Of a stretch of 64,000 nt of DNA, positions 1 through 13,193 are shown piece after piece (the stretch's first letter is position 1; every line of letters starts with the position of its first letter). This stretch comes from Podarcis gaigeae. Lineage: Eukaryota. Below the pieces are notes generated by a model that made no database searches, was not told the origin of the DNA, and saw only the letters and a list, made by a program, of their open reading frames with translations. The position numbers were made by a program, and so were the translations under genes. The stretch is from the NCBI GenBank assembly GCA_964106915.2, contig OZ066917.1. One strand, written 5' to 3'.

Positions 1-251
1 TCTTACGTAGTGGGGGTTAACACTGCAGTTTTGCTTCATCAGCAAAGTGGACTTAGCAAAACCCAGGTGGTAGAGATGATAAGTTTTGCACACAAGTTGT
101 AGCTCAGCTTTCATATCACCTGAGAATTGCGAGAGCTAATTCCTTGCCCCTGTCCTTTTGCTGAACTGCAGCATATAGAGGGTTTTTTAAAAAACCGAAA
201 ACTTTCTTACACTTACTCAGTATTTACCCACTTCTCCAAGAGCAATATACC

Positions 252-385
252 ACAGGAGTAGCCAATGTTTTGCCCTCCAGATGCTCTGAACTGCAAGTCT
301 CATCAGCCATAGTTATGATGGCCAATGGTCAGGGATGATAGTTGTAGTCCAAAAGATCTGGAGGGCACCATATTGGCTACCCCGG
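252..385. mobile_element. Short palindromic hAT-like MITE; related pieces at ~22618-22760, ~14700-14800, ~46020-46100
   Basis: ggagtagccaatg..gccctccagat / atctggagggcaccatattggctacccc inverted arms. Confidence 0.55.
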
Positions 386-1142
386 GGTAGAGCCTTCAAC
401 TGGGGGCATTTATTGGAGTGGATGGGAAAGGAGAGGCAAAACCTCGAACTGCTGCTCAAAATGTAGCAATTTATTAATTTGCACAAAACATTTCAATAGC
501 AAGCCTCCTGGTGGAAGGTAAAGGCATTAAGATAACGTTACCAACTGGAAAGGGGTTAGTTTAACCTCCAGTTTGCTAGTAAAACTGAATTACTGTGTTG
601 CAAAATGAAGCATGTCTAAAAAGTGTGTCACCAACAGGAAAAGTTTTGAAAGCTCTGGGCTACACAGTGGCATGAGACAATTTGACTTAGAATTAACATA
701 AATATTCAGTTTTCCTAATAGTGGGTTGCATGGGGTGCTCTGCTCATGCAATAGGGCTTCCGCTTTCACTCTCCCATGCAAACTCAACATCTGCTCTCAT
801 GTCCCCCAACCATCCATGGGAGAGGAGAGTCAGGGTAATTTATATTGTGGTGGAAAGGGGGGGACTTGTGTAGCTATTGGTTACGCAACATTTTGGTGGG
901 GGAAAGGTGTAACAAGTACTCACTTTTCCAAATTCACACTAAATGTCACCATCTTCATAGTACTGCTAAAGATAGGCTGTGGTAATGTAATCACAGAATA
1001 TAATCTCCAACAAAAACAGCTCCTACAATTTAGCAAATGCCACACGACTGCTGTAGCCACAGCCCTTTTTGCTAATTTTGTTTCAAGATCTTTTGTTCCA
1101 TGATCTCAGTGATGACAAATCAATTTATATGGCTATTTTTAA

Positions 1143-1144
1143 AA

Positions 1145-1176
<32 letters not shown>
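1143..1176. repeat. (GAAA)n microsatellite
   Basis: Direct reading. Confidence 0.9.
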
Positions 1177-4100
1177 GAAAATGAGGACAACATAAATGAG
1201 TTTTTACTGGAAATGGCACATTTTGGGTTTAAATTGTGTCTGTACATGCCACTTTCCTCCTGCAAATGGCTCTTCCCGGGCACTTTTCCTGCAACACAGC
1301 AAACATGAATCCAGAACCCTGGGTGAGGGAAAAGTAAGTTGATGCTTAAGATTAGGGGGGAAAGAAAAACTGGGAGAAACTAAAATGGACAGGTTTTCCA
1401 ATGCCTACCCAACCAACGTAGAATGGAACCATGATTCATTAAGTGAAAAGCTGCTGAATGGTCCAGGAGGAACAACAGAGTCACACTCCTCCCATCTTTC
1501 CCCTGGAGAAGGTCAACAACTACCACTGCCACAGTCCTGAACTGGCTGGAAGTGAGACTAAATTGTGCCTAGATAACACATACAAACCAGAAATATGAAG
1601 AGCAGGTCAGCCACCATTTAGTCAACTATTTAAACATGAAAAGGGAAATGAAAACTTTATTTTTGAAAAACCTCTTGCCATGGTTATTTAAATACCTTTA
1701 TGAGCCCGCCCATAATCTGCTTAGGACTTATTTGCTTTGAAAGACTACATTGGTAGAGAGCTAGGACAGGTTTTGTGGTTGTGGCCCAGTGTTCTGAAAC
1801 ACATTAACTAGGCAAACCTGCCTCAGCTCCTCTCTTCAGACTATAGTAGAGATGTAAAGCATTTTTGTTTACTAGCTTTGTATTAGTTAGATGTTTCTAG
1901 TCAGGGTTGAGTGTATTTTTTCTTTGCTCCCAGTGTGTATTTTATAGAGGCTTTAAACATTGTGTAATTCATTTTTTAAAAAGTCATAAGGTTGGATGTG
2001 CACATAAAGTAGTTTGTATTAGATGGGTGAAATATAAGCTCTTGAACTAAATAAACAGTCCCTGAATGAATCGGTGCAGAATAGTTCACAATGGGCTTCG
2101 GAATATTGAAGAAGTGAACTTATGCTATTCCAGACTTCAAATGCAAAGTCAAAGCCTGTGCCATTTGTCCCACTTGAAGTATGCTGCGAATGTTCAGTTC
2201 AGATCATTTTAATAGCATGCTGTGTGTGATGGCTGCCACCTTCCTTGTTGCTAAAGATTGAACTGAGCTTCAGAGCTAAAAGGATGATGTAAAGAGTCTC
2301 TTAAAGTTATAGCCGTAAAAGAGACACATCATCCATGATTCAATCAGAGAACTATATATATGATTAAAAGGCACTGTGCTGAAGGATATTATGGGGTTCT
2401 ATGCATCTCTTTCTATAAACAGTGTGCTTTCAATTGCCAGTGCTTAAATAGTTCATGCTCAGATGAGGTGTAGCTCTGAATACTAGATGTAGGGGAACGT
2501 TAAGACAGAGGGAATAGATTTCACCATCCATACTGTGCCTGTGAGCTTTCTAGAGCAGGGCTTCCCCAAGTGTGGTTCATGGACCATCCACGAGCTACGT
2601 TCTGGTTGTTCACAGTGGTGACTCTGCAGAGCAGTGCAGTTACTTTGTGCAAATAATGGCATGGGCAGGTGGGTGTGGCTGGGTGCAAAGAACAATGAGG
2701 GCAGAAGCTGCTCCTGCAATATCTTTCATCTGGAAATTGTTCCACTGTAAGGAGTTGGGCAACTCTGCTCCTGATAGTCTGCAGTTCACTAGTATTTCCA
2801 TGTTGGAGGAAATAGCTAGTGTTTCCATGTGATAAGGAAACGTCCGTTATTTTCTGATCTGTGCGCAATTAAAATGCAGTTTATCATCATTGCCCTTCTT
2901 TCTTCCAGCTTGTCTGCATTACAAAACAGTGATTTTGCAAGACCAGACACATCACTTAATCTCTGTGAGTTCAATGTTTGTCGTACGTATAAGTGGGGAA
3001 AGCAAAGGCGCAATAAGCAGTAAGAGTGGGGGCAAAGGGAATGTTTGTTTATTTAGAAACACGCTCCTTAGTCTTCAACCTCTTTGAACATAGGTGGGGG
3101 TTTAAGTAAACAATAGCGTAATACAGGCACATCCAACTCCCAAGAGACTGCGATCTACTCTCAGTATAAAATAACTGGCAGTGATCTACCCATTGTCATT
3201 GGAGGGAGGAGGAGTGTGCATTTCTTAGGAGGGATTGGGGGGGGGGGATGGCGATCTACCTGTTGATCACGGCCAACCGGTTAGACATTGCTGGCATAAT
3301 GCATTACATTCTTCATTACATTATCTTTCCATTGATATATAATTTTATGGTGTTACTCAAAAATAAAGTGGTGTCATGAAGCCATCAAACCTCGGAAATA
3401 CACTTTCCCCAAAAGGTTTCCACTATTTTGGCCACTAGTGTATGATGGATCACACCTATCCTCATGAAACACACAGTACCTATTAGGTGGTAACTTTCCC
3501 CCAGAAACAAACAAACAAACAAAAGCCCATTCCAGGGAACCGTTCACACAGATCTCCTGAATTACACTTCAACTGTTTCCTGAATGTTCAGGTGCCATTG
3601 TTTCCCTTTGAAATAATCTGTCACAGGCCCTTATTTATAGAGTGTTAACTCATTCAAGCTAGGGATGGCCAATGTGGTAGCCATTCTAAGTTTCTTTATC
3701 TGAAGGTTTTCCACTAATCATGACTCGTTTTTGAGGGTGCACATGGATGGGAACATATGTAAGAATTGATCAGAGAAGCCAGCAAGCAGGGGAAATGCAT
3801 GACTTTTGGTGAAATTTATGACATCAGCTGCCTGCATGGTGTGACATCCAAAGGGGGGGAAAGAACAACTCAGTGGAAAGCCAAGAGGAGAAATCTTTAA
3901 ATATTTGAAGGCTAATAAGTTAAATGCTAATTGAGAGCCACAATGGTTTCCTCCCCAAGACAGATCACAATTAACATTTAATTTGTTATAAAACATTTAA
4001 AAATACGAAATATCCGAGGGCAGTGAAAATGTCACCCCTTCAAAATTGTCTCTGGACAATGCGTCAAGGGGTGAGAGGTCATGACAATAGTGGCAGGTGA

Positions 4101-4589
4101 CTTGCAGAAGTAATCTTGGCAGCATTTTGCATTCTGGGCAGAACTTTGCCCGTGGTTGACTAATGCATTAAAAGTGTGAAAAGAGCAGTTCGTGGTTAAA
4201 TCCATCTGTCGACAGGAAGCAAACAAATCATTTCAGTATTACAGTAGCATTAGTCTGTGTCATAGGAGTAACATTCGTCCCAGCAGATCACATTTGAAAA
4301 TTGGTGAATGTTCAAACTTGTTTTCTGTTCATTATTATTAAACTTATTATCTGTCCTTAACATCTGGTTCCAGGGCAAGTTACAACCATTTAAAATTCAA
4401 CTTTTTAAAACAACAACAACTTACAATCGCAGGAATAAGATGGGGTGTCCTGTAAACATATCATAAATATGTGTAATGATTTCTATTTATGTATAGGGTG
4501 TTAGGGAAGGGTATGTTGTGGAGGATACATTGTGCTCCTTTTGGGGTAGTTTGTCTACCTTTGCACTCATCTCTCACCTGTGACTTGAC

Positions 4590-5253
4590 TCCTACAAGCT
4601 GTAAGCATGTGACAGTTGCCACACCTAGGGAAATAACTTCAATTGGCCGGCTAAACCTGGTGAGGGTAGCCAACGGATGTCAAACCATTGGTGACTTAGG
4701 GACTTCCCCTACATGCAAAGACAAGCTCCAGTGGATTGAGTGGATGAGACCAGTAGTGGGCCCAATGGTCAAGAAGGCAAGTGCTGTAGAGGGAAATGAG
4801 GGGCAGATGGGGTTGTTGACCTGGGATGGGGTTGTCTGACCCTAAAACTCCACTACCTTGTGGCTATACTCATCTGTGAGAAAGGCTTTGGAAGTAAACC
4901 CCAAGGAAAGCTCTATACCCTCTGCCTTGTGGGACATCTTTGGGGCTAAGGAGTAAATCCTACACAAATTCAGAGTGGAGTCCCTAAGATGGTTGGATGG
5001 CACCTTGTACGCCTCCGTCCAGCAACTTCTGTGGCCAAACTGAAGCCAAACATATTGCTCTGCATTCCTTTGAACCACATCAGTGAGGCCAAGAGAGGGG
5101 TCTTGTCATCGGGGCAGCCCAGGACCTCCATGCGCACTGCCTGGGCTTGCACCCTAGGGAGGACATTTCAGTGCTGAAAACACAGAAGTTTGACATCTCC
5201 CCAAGAGGCGAACTCCATTGTCTCTCGTGACAGATGGGTGCCAACAACAACAA
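4590..5253 (+). mobile_element. Probable non-autonomous retroposon (RTE-like, unclassified)
   Basis: GC-richer block in AT-rich flanks ending ...gtctctcgtgacagatgggtgccaacaacaacaa ((CAA)n tail typical of RTE-clade 3' ends). No TSD found; 5' boundary uncertain. Confidence 0.4.
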
Positions 5254-5859
5254 TATAGCTATATTTGATATTTTGAATCTCTATGAGTTTGTATTGAATT
5301 GTATTAATTGTTTGGTGAATCTGTTGTGATTGTTTGGCATTATTTATATACTAGTGTGATTTTGATTTTATTAAAGTGGTTGTAATGTTCATTACTTTCT
5401 CATGCTATTGTTACTGTGAGGTGCTTTGAGTTCAACATTTATTGGAGGAAAAGTGGACCCCTAACTAATACGATCAGTAGTCAGGGATGATGGAAATTGT
5501 AGTTCAAAACATCTGGAGGGCCGAAGGTGGGGGTGCCTGTATTAAATCCTATAATGGTGGCAACTATGTAATGCAGGAACCAGATGTACCTTTGTGGGGT
5601 GGTATGTCCACAAACCAGGAGATGTCACAGAGAATGCCCTCACCTGGACCACCACTACCACCCAAAAAACCTCTGAGGGTGGTGGAACTACCAAGAGGGT
5701 CCACTCTGTTTATCTTAACACCTGAGAAGGTAAGGAAGGAGGCAGTTTACAGAAAGATTATTCATATATTTTACAATGTAGCAGAAACACAAATTAATTG
5801 AAGGAACAGAAAGCTGCGGTAAGCCATGCATGAATTTCACGGTGCTCTGTACTGAATTC

Positions 5860-5862
<3 letters not shown>

Positions 5863-5900
<38 letters not shown>
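5863..5900. repeat. (CT)n microsatellite
   Basis: Direct reading. Confidence 0.95.
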
Positions 5901-5903
<3 letters not shown>

Positions 5904-6231
5904 AATGGAACAATAGGCTATTTCTAATGCATTGGTTCCACTTTGGAAACACACCATTTGTAGCTCAAAAGTCCACTGAGGAATTATCATAAGGAGAATT
6001 CGAGAAGCATCGCTTACATGTAACAGAATTCAAAATATGTAAGTGATTCTGGTCCCAATATATTCAGATCAAGAAGCTGGTGTTAGGACTCACCCCTTGA
6101 CGAACATACTGGAGACAAAACTGACAATGGTGTGGCCATGTTTCATGCTGTATTATACCTTTTCTAATAGCTGTATGTGAGACTCCATTTTCAGTAATGT
6201 AAAATACTGATCAGCCCTCAGACACATAAGA

Positions 6232-6409
6232 CTGGGGAAGGGCTGTAGTTTGCATGCCAAAAGTTCCAGGGTCAATCCTGGGTATCTCCACACAGAGCTG
6301 CGAAATACCCCAGCTTTAAACCCTGGAGGTGCTCTCCACCTGTGTAGACAATATTGAGCTTGATGTACCAGTGGTCTGTCTCTGTATAAGACAACTTCCT
6401 GTATGCCTA
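6232..6409 (+). mobile_element. Squam2-like tRNA-derived SINE
   Basis: gggaaggggctgtag...gggtcaatcctgg...ctccac...tgtagacaatattgagct...cttcctgtatgccta. Confidence 0.65.
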
Positions 6410-6761
6410 ATATAAGCACTTGGAAATGAAAGGGGCCATTGCTTAGAAGAGCCTTTGTCTTGTGTGTGCATTAAACTCAACTGGATTTCTGCCATAAATA
6501 CTTGGTGTTCATTGATCACAAAAGAGTGTGTTTGTTTATTTTTAGGAATTAGGTGCATGCATATATCTGGGAAGGCTAGTGAACAATGAATTCTCCACAT
6601 AGTTTCCCCATGAGCTATTCCTGCTGGATTGTGTTCACAGAAACATTAAGCCTTTGAAGCAACATTTCCACTGGGTGCATGCATAAACATCACAAGGGCA
6701 TCCTCTGACCACCACTATTAGAATGGGTCCAGCCATTAGCCATCCCCAGCCTTGTTTCATT

Positions 6762-6952
6762 NNNNNNNNNNNNNNNNNNNNNNNNNNNNNNNNNNNNNNN
6801 NNNNNNNNNNNNNNNNNNNNNNNNNNNNNNNNNNNNNNNNNNNNNNNNNNNNNNNNNNNNNNNNNNNNNNNNNNNNNNNNNNNNNNNNNNNNNNNNNNNN
6901 NNNNNNNNNNNNNNNNNNNNNNNNNNNNNNNNNNNNNNNNNNNNNNNNNNNN
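6762..6952. other. Assembly gap (191 N)
   Basis: Run of N; the ORFs with X spanning it are artefacts. Confidence 0.99.
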
Positions 6953-7119
6953 TTCAGGTTTCTACATTTTACTGATTTTACAATCATTTTGACACTTCAA
7001 AACTTGACTTCCTTCTCCCTCTTTCTGCAGTTCCTTAAATTTACTTCTAATATCTTCTACAAATCCCAGTTAACTTAATTTGCCCATTTATTCAACTTCT
7101 TTAAATATATGCTCTTATG

Positions 7120-7643
7120 CGGAAGAAGGTAAGCTAGCTGAGTTTTTGACTAAAGAATTTTCCAGGTTCTGGAACTTAGAGGAAAAAGATTTTAAAATCA
7201 TATCAGCCTTTAGGCTTGGAAGACTTATAAAGAAAGAGAAGCCCAGAGACTGTTTAATAACACTGAGATCAAAGGAGGAAAGGGACAAGATTCTGGGCCT
7301 GCATTACGGAAGGTCACTGGATATTTCGGACAAAAGAATTGAAATTTACAAGGATATTCCTAAACAACTGCTGGACCTTAGATCTGACTATCTGGAACTA
7401 GTAAGACTGTTGAGGAGCAATTCAATCATTTTCAGGTGGGATTTTCCTCAGGGATTATCTTTCACTTTTAGAGGGAAGAAGATTAAAATCAGATCACTGG
7501 AAGATAGAGATAAATTTCTGATCGCGTACGGAGAGGACCTTCAAAAAGGAATTGGACTACCTTCAGGGCCTGAAACACCAGAGGAACCTGCACCCTTGGA
7601 TTCTGAAGGTTCGGCGAATAAGGTACCACCCCCAGATAAATAA
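7120..7643 (+). pseudogene. C-terminal part of L1 ORF1p (5' truncated)
   Basis: SAFRLG...KPRDCLI...RIEIYKDIP...FRWDFPQGLSFTFRGK resembles the L1 ORF1p RRM/CTD. The first ~13 aa of the ORF-track prediction come from the flank/TSD. Confidence 0.75.
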
Positions 7644-7658
7644 CCAGATTCATTCAGG

Positions 7659-10600
7659 ATGTCTCTGCAACTCTTGAGTTGGAACATAAATGGCTGTAAC
7701 ATTCCGGAAAAAAGGAGGAAAATTTTTCACATATTAAAAAAAGAACAATTGGACATTATTTGCTTACAAGAAACACACATGACTAGGCTCCACAGAAAAG
7801 TATTAATAAATAAAAGACTTGGCCAAGAATTTATATCTTCGGACAGAGTAAAGAAGAGAGGGGTGGTGATATATGCAAAAGAGAGCCTGTCACCTAAATT
7901 TTTATTTAAGGATGAACATGGAAGAATCCTAGCAATTGAGATTCAACACCAAGGAGAGAAGATTTTGATATTAGGAATTTATGCACCAAACGACGGGAAA
8001 TCGGAATTCTACAAGAAGTTGCATGAGATCATGCTGGATTATCTGGACTACAACAACATCATCATGATGGGAGACATGAATGGGGTCGTATCAACTAACA
8101 TGGATAAGTCACAAAGTCAAAATGTTACAAAAGACGGCAGACTACCAAAGACTTTCTTTGAAATGACCGACAATATGGATTGGATTGACATTTGGAGAAC
8201 CAAGAACCCCCTGGGAAGAGAAGGAACATTCTTCTCTGAAGCCCAGCTGACTTGGACAAGAATCGACCAAATATGGATATCTAGAAGTCTGGCACCCAAG
8301 GTTAGAAAGGTGGAAATCTGCCCAAAGACCTGTTCCGACCATAACGCACTGAAGATGGACATGACACTACTACCAATCGGTTCCTTCAGATGGAAGATGA
8401 ATGACAATTTGTTTAGAGATCAGGAGATTATTAAGAAGGCCCAAAAAGCTATGAAGGATTATTTTGAGATAAATATGAACACTACGGTGGAAAAAAGAAT
8501 TATCTGGGACGCAAGCAAAGCAGTGATGAGGGGGTTCTTGATACAACAGAATGCTGTAAAGAAAAGAATACAAAATGAGAGGAAAGATAAGATTTTGGAG
8601 AAAATTAAAGAATTAGAGAAGAAATTAAGATCAAATCCGAAGTCACAACCGATTCTGAGAGAAATCAAACTTCACCAAGCACAATATTCTAAACTGATAA
8701 ATCAGGAAATAGAGTGGAAGACTAAATTAATGAAACAAAAAACTTTCGAATCGGCAAACAAATGTGGGAAACTGCTAGCTTGGCAGTTGAAGAGGAGACA
8801 AAAATTAAACACAGTTACAAATTTAGAGATTGAAGGAAGAAATATTCAGAACCCCGCGGAGATCAGAAAGTGTTTCCAGAGATATTTTAAAAAATTATAT
8901 ACCCAAGGGCCGCAAGACGAGGTTGAGATTAAGCAATTTTTAGAAAAAAATGGACTTACAAAATTGTCACAAGAAAACATATCAATCCTGAATAACAAAA
9001 TAACACGACAAGAGATTGAACAAGCCATTCAGAACTTGCAATTGGGCAAATCTCCAGGGCCAGACGGCTTGACCTCCAAGTATTATAAGACATTAAAAGA
9101 CTATTTGATTCAACCAATGATGGAGGTCAGCAACGAAATCATGGAGGGGAAGAGGGCGCCGGAATCGTGGAAGGAAGCTTTCATCACATTGATACCAAAA
9201 TCGGAAATTGAGAAGACACAACTCAAGAACTATCGTCCCATCTCCCTTTTAAATGTGGATTACAAAATATTTGCGGATGTATTGGCAAGCAGACTTAAAA
9301 GAGTTTTAAATGAAGTAATTCATAAAGACCAGGCAGGCTTTCTCCCAGGCAGACATATGTTTGCTAACACAAGGAACATCATTGACATTTTGGAACTTCT
9401 GCAAACAAACATAAATACAAAAGCAGTGTTAATTTTTATAGATGCGGAGAAGGCCTTTGATAATATCTCTTGGAAATTTATGAAGGGAAACTTAAAAGAA
9501 ATGGGAGTGAGACGGGGTTTTGAGAATAGGATTGATGCAATATATTCAGAACAAAAGGCTAAATTGATAGTTAACAATGTGGTTACAGAAGAGTTTAAAA
9601 TTGAAAAAGGAACACGACAAGGCTGCCCGATTTCCCCTCTGCTATTTATATCGGTTCTGGAGGTGCTCTTGAATATGATCAGAGGGGACCGGTTGGTGGA
9701 AGGGATTCAGGTCGGAGCGAAACAATATAAACTTAAAGCTTTTGCAGATGACCTAGTTTTGACTCTGCAGGAGCCAGAATCTAGTACAAAAAGAGTATTG
9801 CAATTGATACAAGACTTTGGTCGGGTAGCGGGATTTAAATTAAATAAACAGAAAACCAAGGTGTTGGGGAAAAATTTGACAGATACAGAGTCAGAACGGT
9901 TTCAGAGAGAAACAGAACTAATTGTGGTCAAAAAAGTAAAGTACCTAGGGGTAAACATTACAGCAAAAAATCTGAGTTTATTTAAGGATAACTATGAAAA
10001 ATGTTGGTCTGAAATTAAGAGAGATTTGGACAGTTGGACAAAATTGAAGCTTTCTTTGCTAGGCCGAATTGCGGCTATTAAGATGAATGTATTGCCAAAA
10101 ATGTTGTTTTTGTTTCAAACACTACAGATTGTGGACAAAACGGAGTGCTTCCGGAAGTGGCAGAGAGACATTTCTAAATTTGTCTGGCAGGGCAAAAAGC
10201 CCAGAATTAAGTATAAGATATTAACTGACGCGAAAGAAAGAGGGGGCTTTGCCCTGCCAGACCTAAAGTTGTACTATGAAGCCGCAGCTTTCTGCTGGCT
10301 AAAAGACTGGCTACTTCTCGAAGACACTGATGTATTGGACTTGGAAGGTTTTAATAATGCTTTTGGTTAGCATGCATACCTATGGTATGATAAGGTTAAG
10401 AGCAACAAGGCCTTTAAGAACCATATTGTCAGGAAAGCAGTATTTAATGTCTGGATAAAATACAAAGACTTATTGGAAAATAAAACTCCGAGGTGGCTTT
10501 CACCTCTGGAAGCTAAGGCCCGAAAAAGACCCAATATGGAGGCCAATTGGCCAAAATATTGGGAAATATTAGAAAAAGATGGAGACAATTGGAAATTGCA

Positions 10601-11399
10601 GAGTTTGGAGAAAATGAAGGATAAAGTGCGAGACTGGTTACACTACGCTCAGATTAAAGAAGTCTTTAAAAATGATAAAAAGTTAGGGTTCCAGGTGGAG
10701 AAATCGAAGTTGGAAACAGAATTGTTAGAACCAAAGACTAAGGTATTATCAAGAATGTATAACCTGCTGTTAAAATGGAACACACAAGATGAAATGGTTA
10801 AATCGGCTATGATAAAGTGGGCTCAGGACATTGGGCATAACATTATGTTTGAGGACTGGGAAAGGTTGTGGACCACTGGGCTGAACTTCACTGCATGTAA
10901 TGCTCTGAAGGAAAATGTAATGAAAATGATATATAGATGGTACATGACCCCAGTTAAACTTGCCAAAATATACCATTTGTCTGATAATAAGTGTTGGAAA
11001 TGTAAAGAAAATGAAGGAACATTCTTCCACCTCTGGTGGACTTGCCCTAAAGTGAAGGCCTTCTGGGAAATGATATATAATGAGTTGAAAAAGGTATTCA
11101 AGTATACCTTTACTAAGAAACCAGAGGCCTTCCTTCTGGGCATTGTCGGCCAGAAGGTGTTAAAGAAGGACCGAACATTCTTTATGTATGCAACAACGGC
11201 AGCAAGGATACTCATCGATAAGAGTTGGAAAACTCAAGATCTACCCACGCTGGAAGAGTGGCAGATGCAGCTGATGGACTATATGGAACTGGCCGAGATG
11301 ACTGGCAGAATCCGAGACCTGGGAGAAGAGAGGGTTGAAGAAGACTGGAAGAAATTTAAGATCTATCTACAAAAATATTGTAATTTGGTTGAATGTTAA
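7659..11399 (+). pseudogene. L1 ORF2p (APE endonuclease + reverse transcriptase + CCHC knuckle), one in-frame stop at 10368-10370
   Basis: EN motifs SWNING, LQETH, GDMN, RIDQIW, SDHN. RT motifs KSPGPDG, YRPISLLN, DAEKAFD, GTRQGCPISP, FADD. C-terminal CWKC...HLWWTC. ORFs 7659-10370 and 10473-11399 are in the same frame. Confidence 0.93.
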
Positions 11400-11732
11400 G
11401 AAGGATGCTAGATCATAAATAATCGCCTACCATTGAATTAGACTCGAATTTGATGATAAGTGAGATTAAGGAAAATATAAATTTTTTGGAGAATTGCTAG
11501 ATTCTATTTTAAATGAGCGGATATAAGATTGTAAACAAGATGGTAATTTGCTTAGAAAAACCTTTTTTAACGATGCAAGTGAGAGCGGGAGACGTGAGGG
11601 AGTCCAAAGAAGTGATGAAATTATGCTATGATATAAATAATGTTGTTTATTATTAATGCGTTTGAATTTGAAAATCTTAATAAATATTTTTTAAAAAATA
11701 AATAAATAAATAAATAAATATATGCTCTTATG

Positions 11733-11912
11733 AAACTGCAGGTTATTACAATAATCCTGCCAATGTTTTTACCTGTTTACAATTTATCTGTAAATATTCC
11801 ATAAACCATCTCCATTCTTTTATTAAAAATTTGTTATCTTGATTTCTTATTCTTCCGGTAAGATTCGCCATTTCTGCATATTCCATAAGTTTTTTATTCA
11901 TTCTTCCTTTGT
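11733..11912 (-). mobile_element. Older L1 3' fragment (ORF2 C-terminus), antisense, interrupted by the young L1; probably continues at 6953-7101
   Basis: Minus-strand LMEYAEMANLTGRIRNQDNKFLIKEWRWFMEYLQINC aligns with the young L1 C-terminus LMDYMELAEMTGRIRDLGEERVEEDWKKFKIYLQKYC. Confidence 0.8.
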
Positions 11913-12704
11913 CCCCAGCCTTGTTTCCTGGAAAGATAGACCACCCTGAATGAATGGCAAACCACCCACTTGTTGATCCCTCCATTTATGTGGCTCCTTC
12001 AGCCTGAACCTGTGACCCCCTGCATTATGTCCTTCTCCAAGTGTGGTCTATTATGTTGCTGCCACTTCACTGCCCGCTGGGTCCAAAAATGGTGGCCAGT
12101 TCCTGCAATGGCACAGTACGTCTGTGCCACCCCTTCTTGGAGGAGTGAGCCCATTAACTGGCTGAGCTGAGATCAGTTCTGTGTGCTAATTAGGGAGCTG
12201 CCTTGGAGGATGTTAATTAGGTGTGACACTTCGGGACAAATTCCATTTTCCTTCTTCTTCATATCCCACTTGAGATGGGCTGTGCAATGTGAGTACAATG
12301 CAAATACCAAGGATGAATGAAAAAGAAATTGGCGATGAACCTGATGTAGACAGGTTACCTGAAAAGATTCTTCAGCTGGCTTTGTGGGTCAATGGAAAGT
12401 TGGCTTTTGCTTTCTACTAGGACTGGGAGCCTTTTTTTGCACTCCTTCTGGAAGGTGTCCTCTTCGATGACTATCATGGTGACAAATTTGCAAAGTACAA
12501 TTGCCCCAACCTGCCGGGAAGAATCACAGCGGGGAGGTCGACAAGGAATTCCTGCCGGTGCCTACGTTGTGGCACATTCCTCTGACCCAGGCAGAATTCC
12601 AACAGTGTGGAACTAGCAAAGCTTTCCCTCCATCAATGCATGGGTGCTGCTCTGGAAGATGCAAGAGCCACTGGAACCCTGCTAGGTTAAAGGAAGGTGG
12701 TCCT

Positions 12705-12782
12705 TATTTTATTTTATTTTACTATATTATTATATTATATTATATTATGTTATATTATATTATATTATAATTATTATATTTT
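12705..12782. repeat. (TTATA)n/(TTTTA)n low-complexity repeat
   Basis: Direct reading. Confidence 0.85.
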
Positions 12783-12834
12783 ACTAGGTATAATGTGCAC
12801 TCATATTAGAGTGCTCTGTAGACTGATAGCTATA

Positions 12835-13193
12835 AAGGTAAAGGGACCCGTGACCATTAGGTCTAGTCGTGACCGACTCTGGGGTTGTGCGTTCATCTCA
12901 CTCTATAGGCTGAGGGAGCCGGCGTTTGTCTGCAGACAGCTTCTGGGTCATGTGGCCAGCATGACTAAGCCGCTTCTGGTGAACCAGAGCAGCACACGGA
13001 AATACCGTTTACCTTCCCGCCGGAGCGGTACCTATTTATCTACTTGCACTTTGATGTGCTTTCGAACTGCTAGGTTGACAGGAGCAGGGACCGAGCAACA
13101 GGAGCTCACTCCGTCTCAGGGATTCAAACTGCCGACATTCTGATCAGCAAGTCCTAGGCTCTGCGGTTTAACCCACAGCACCACCCACGTCCC
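12835..13193 (-). mobile_element. Sauria SINE (Squam1-type), full length
   Basis: tRNA-like head at the right end, (ACCTTT)n tail at the left. 16-bp TSD tagactgatagctata at 12819-12834 and 13194-13209. Confidence 0.9.

Larger units (their letters stand above)
7120..11714 (+). mobile_element. Young 5'-truncated L1-clade LINE (partial ORF1, nearly intact ORF2, 3'UTR, (TAAA)n tail)
   Basis: TSD taaatatatgctcttatg at 7102-7119 and 11715-11732. Insertion site TT/AAAT resembles the L1 endonuclease target. ORF1 and ORF2 are separated by 15 nt; tail at ~11695-11718. Confidence 0.93.

Noticed and set aside
2820-2970. Repeat-free AT-rich block resembling a conserved non-coding element
   Set aside because: Cannot be supported without a multi-species alignment.
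6723-7078. ORFs containing X runs
   Set aside because: Artefacts of the N gap.
10473-11399. 308-aa ORF as a separate gene
   Set aside because: It is the in-frame continuation of L1 ORF2 after a single nonsense codon.
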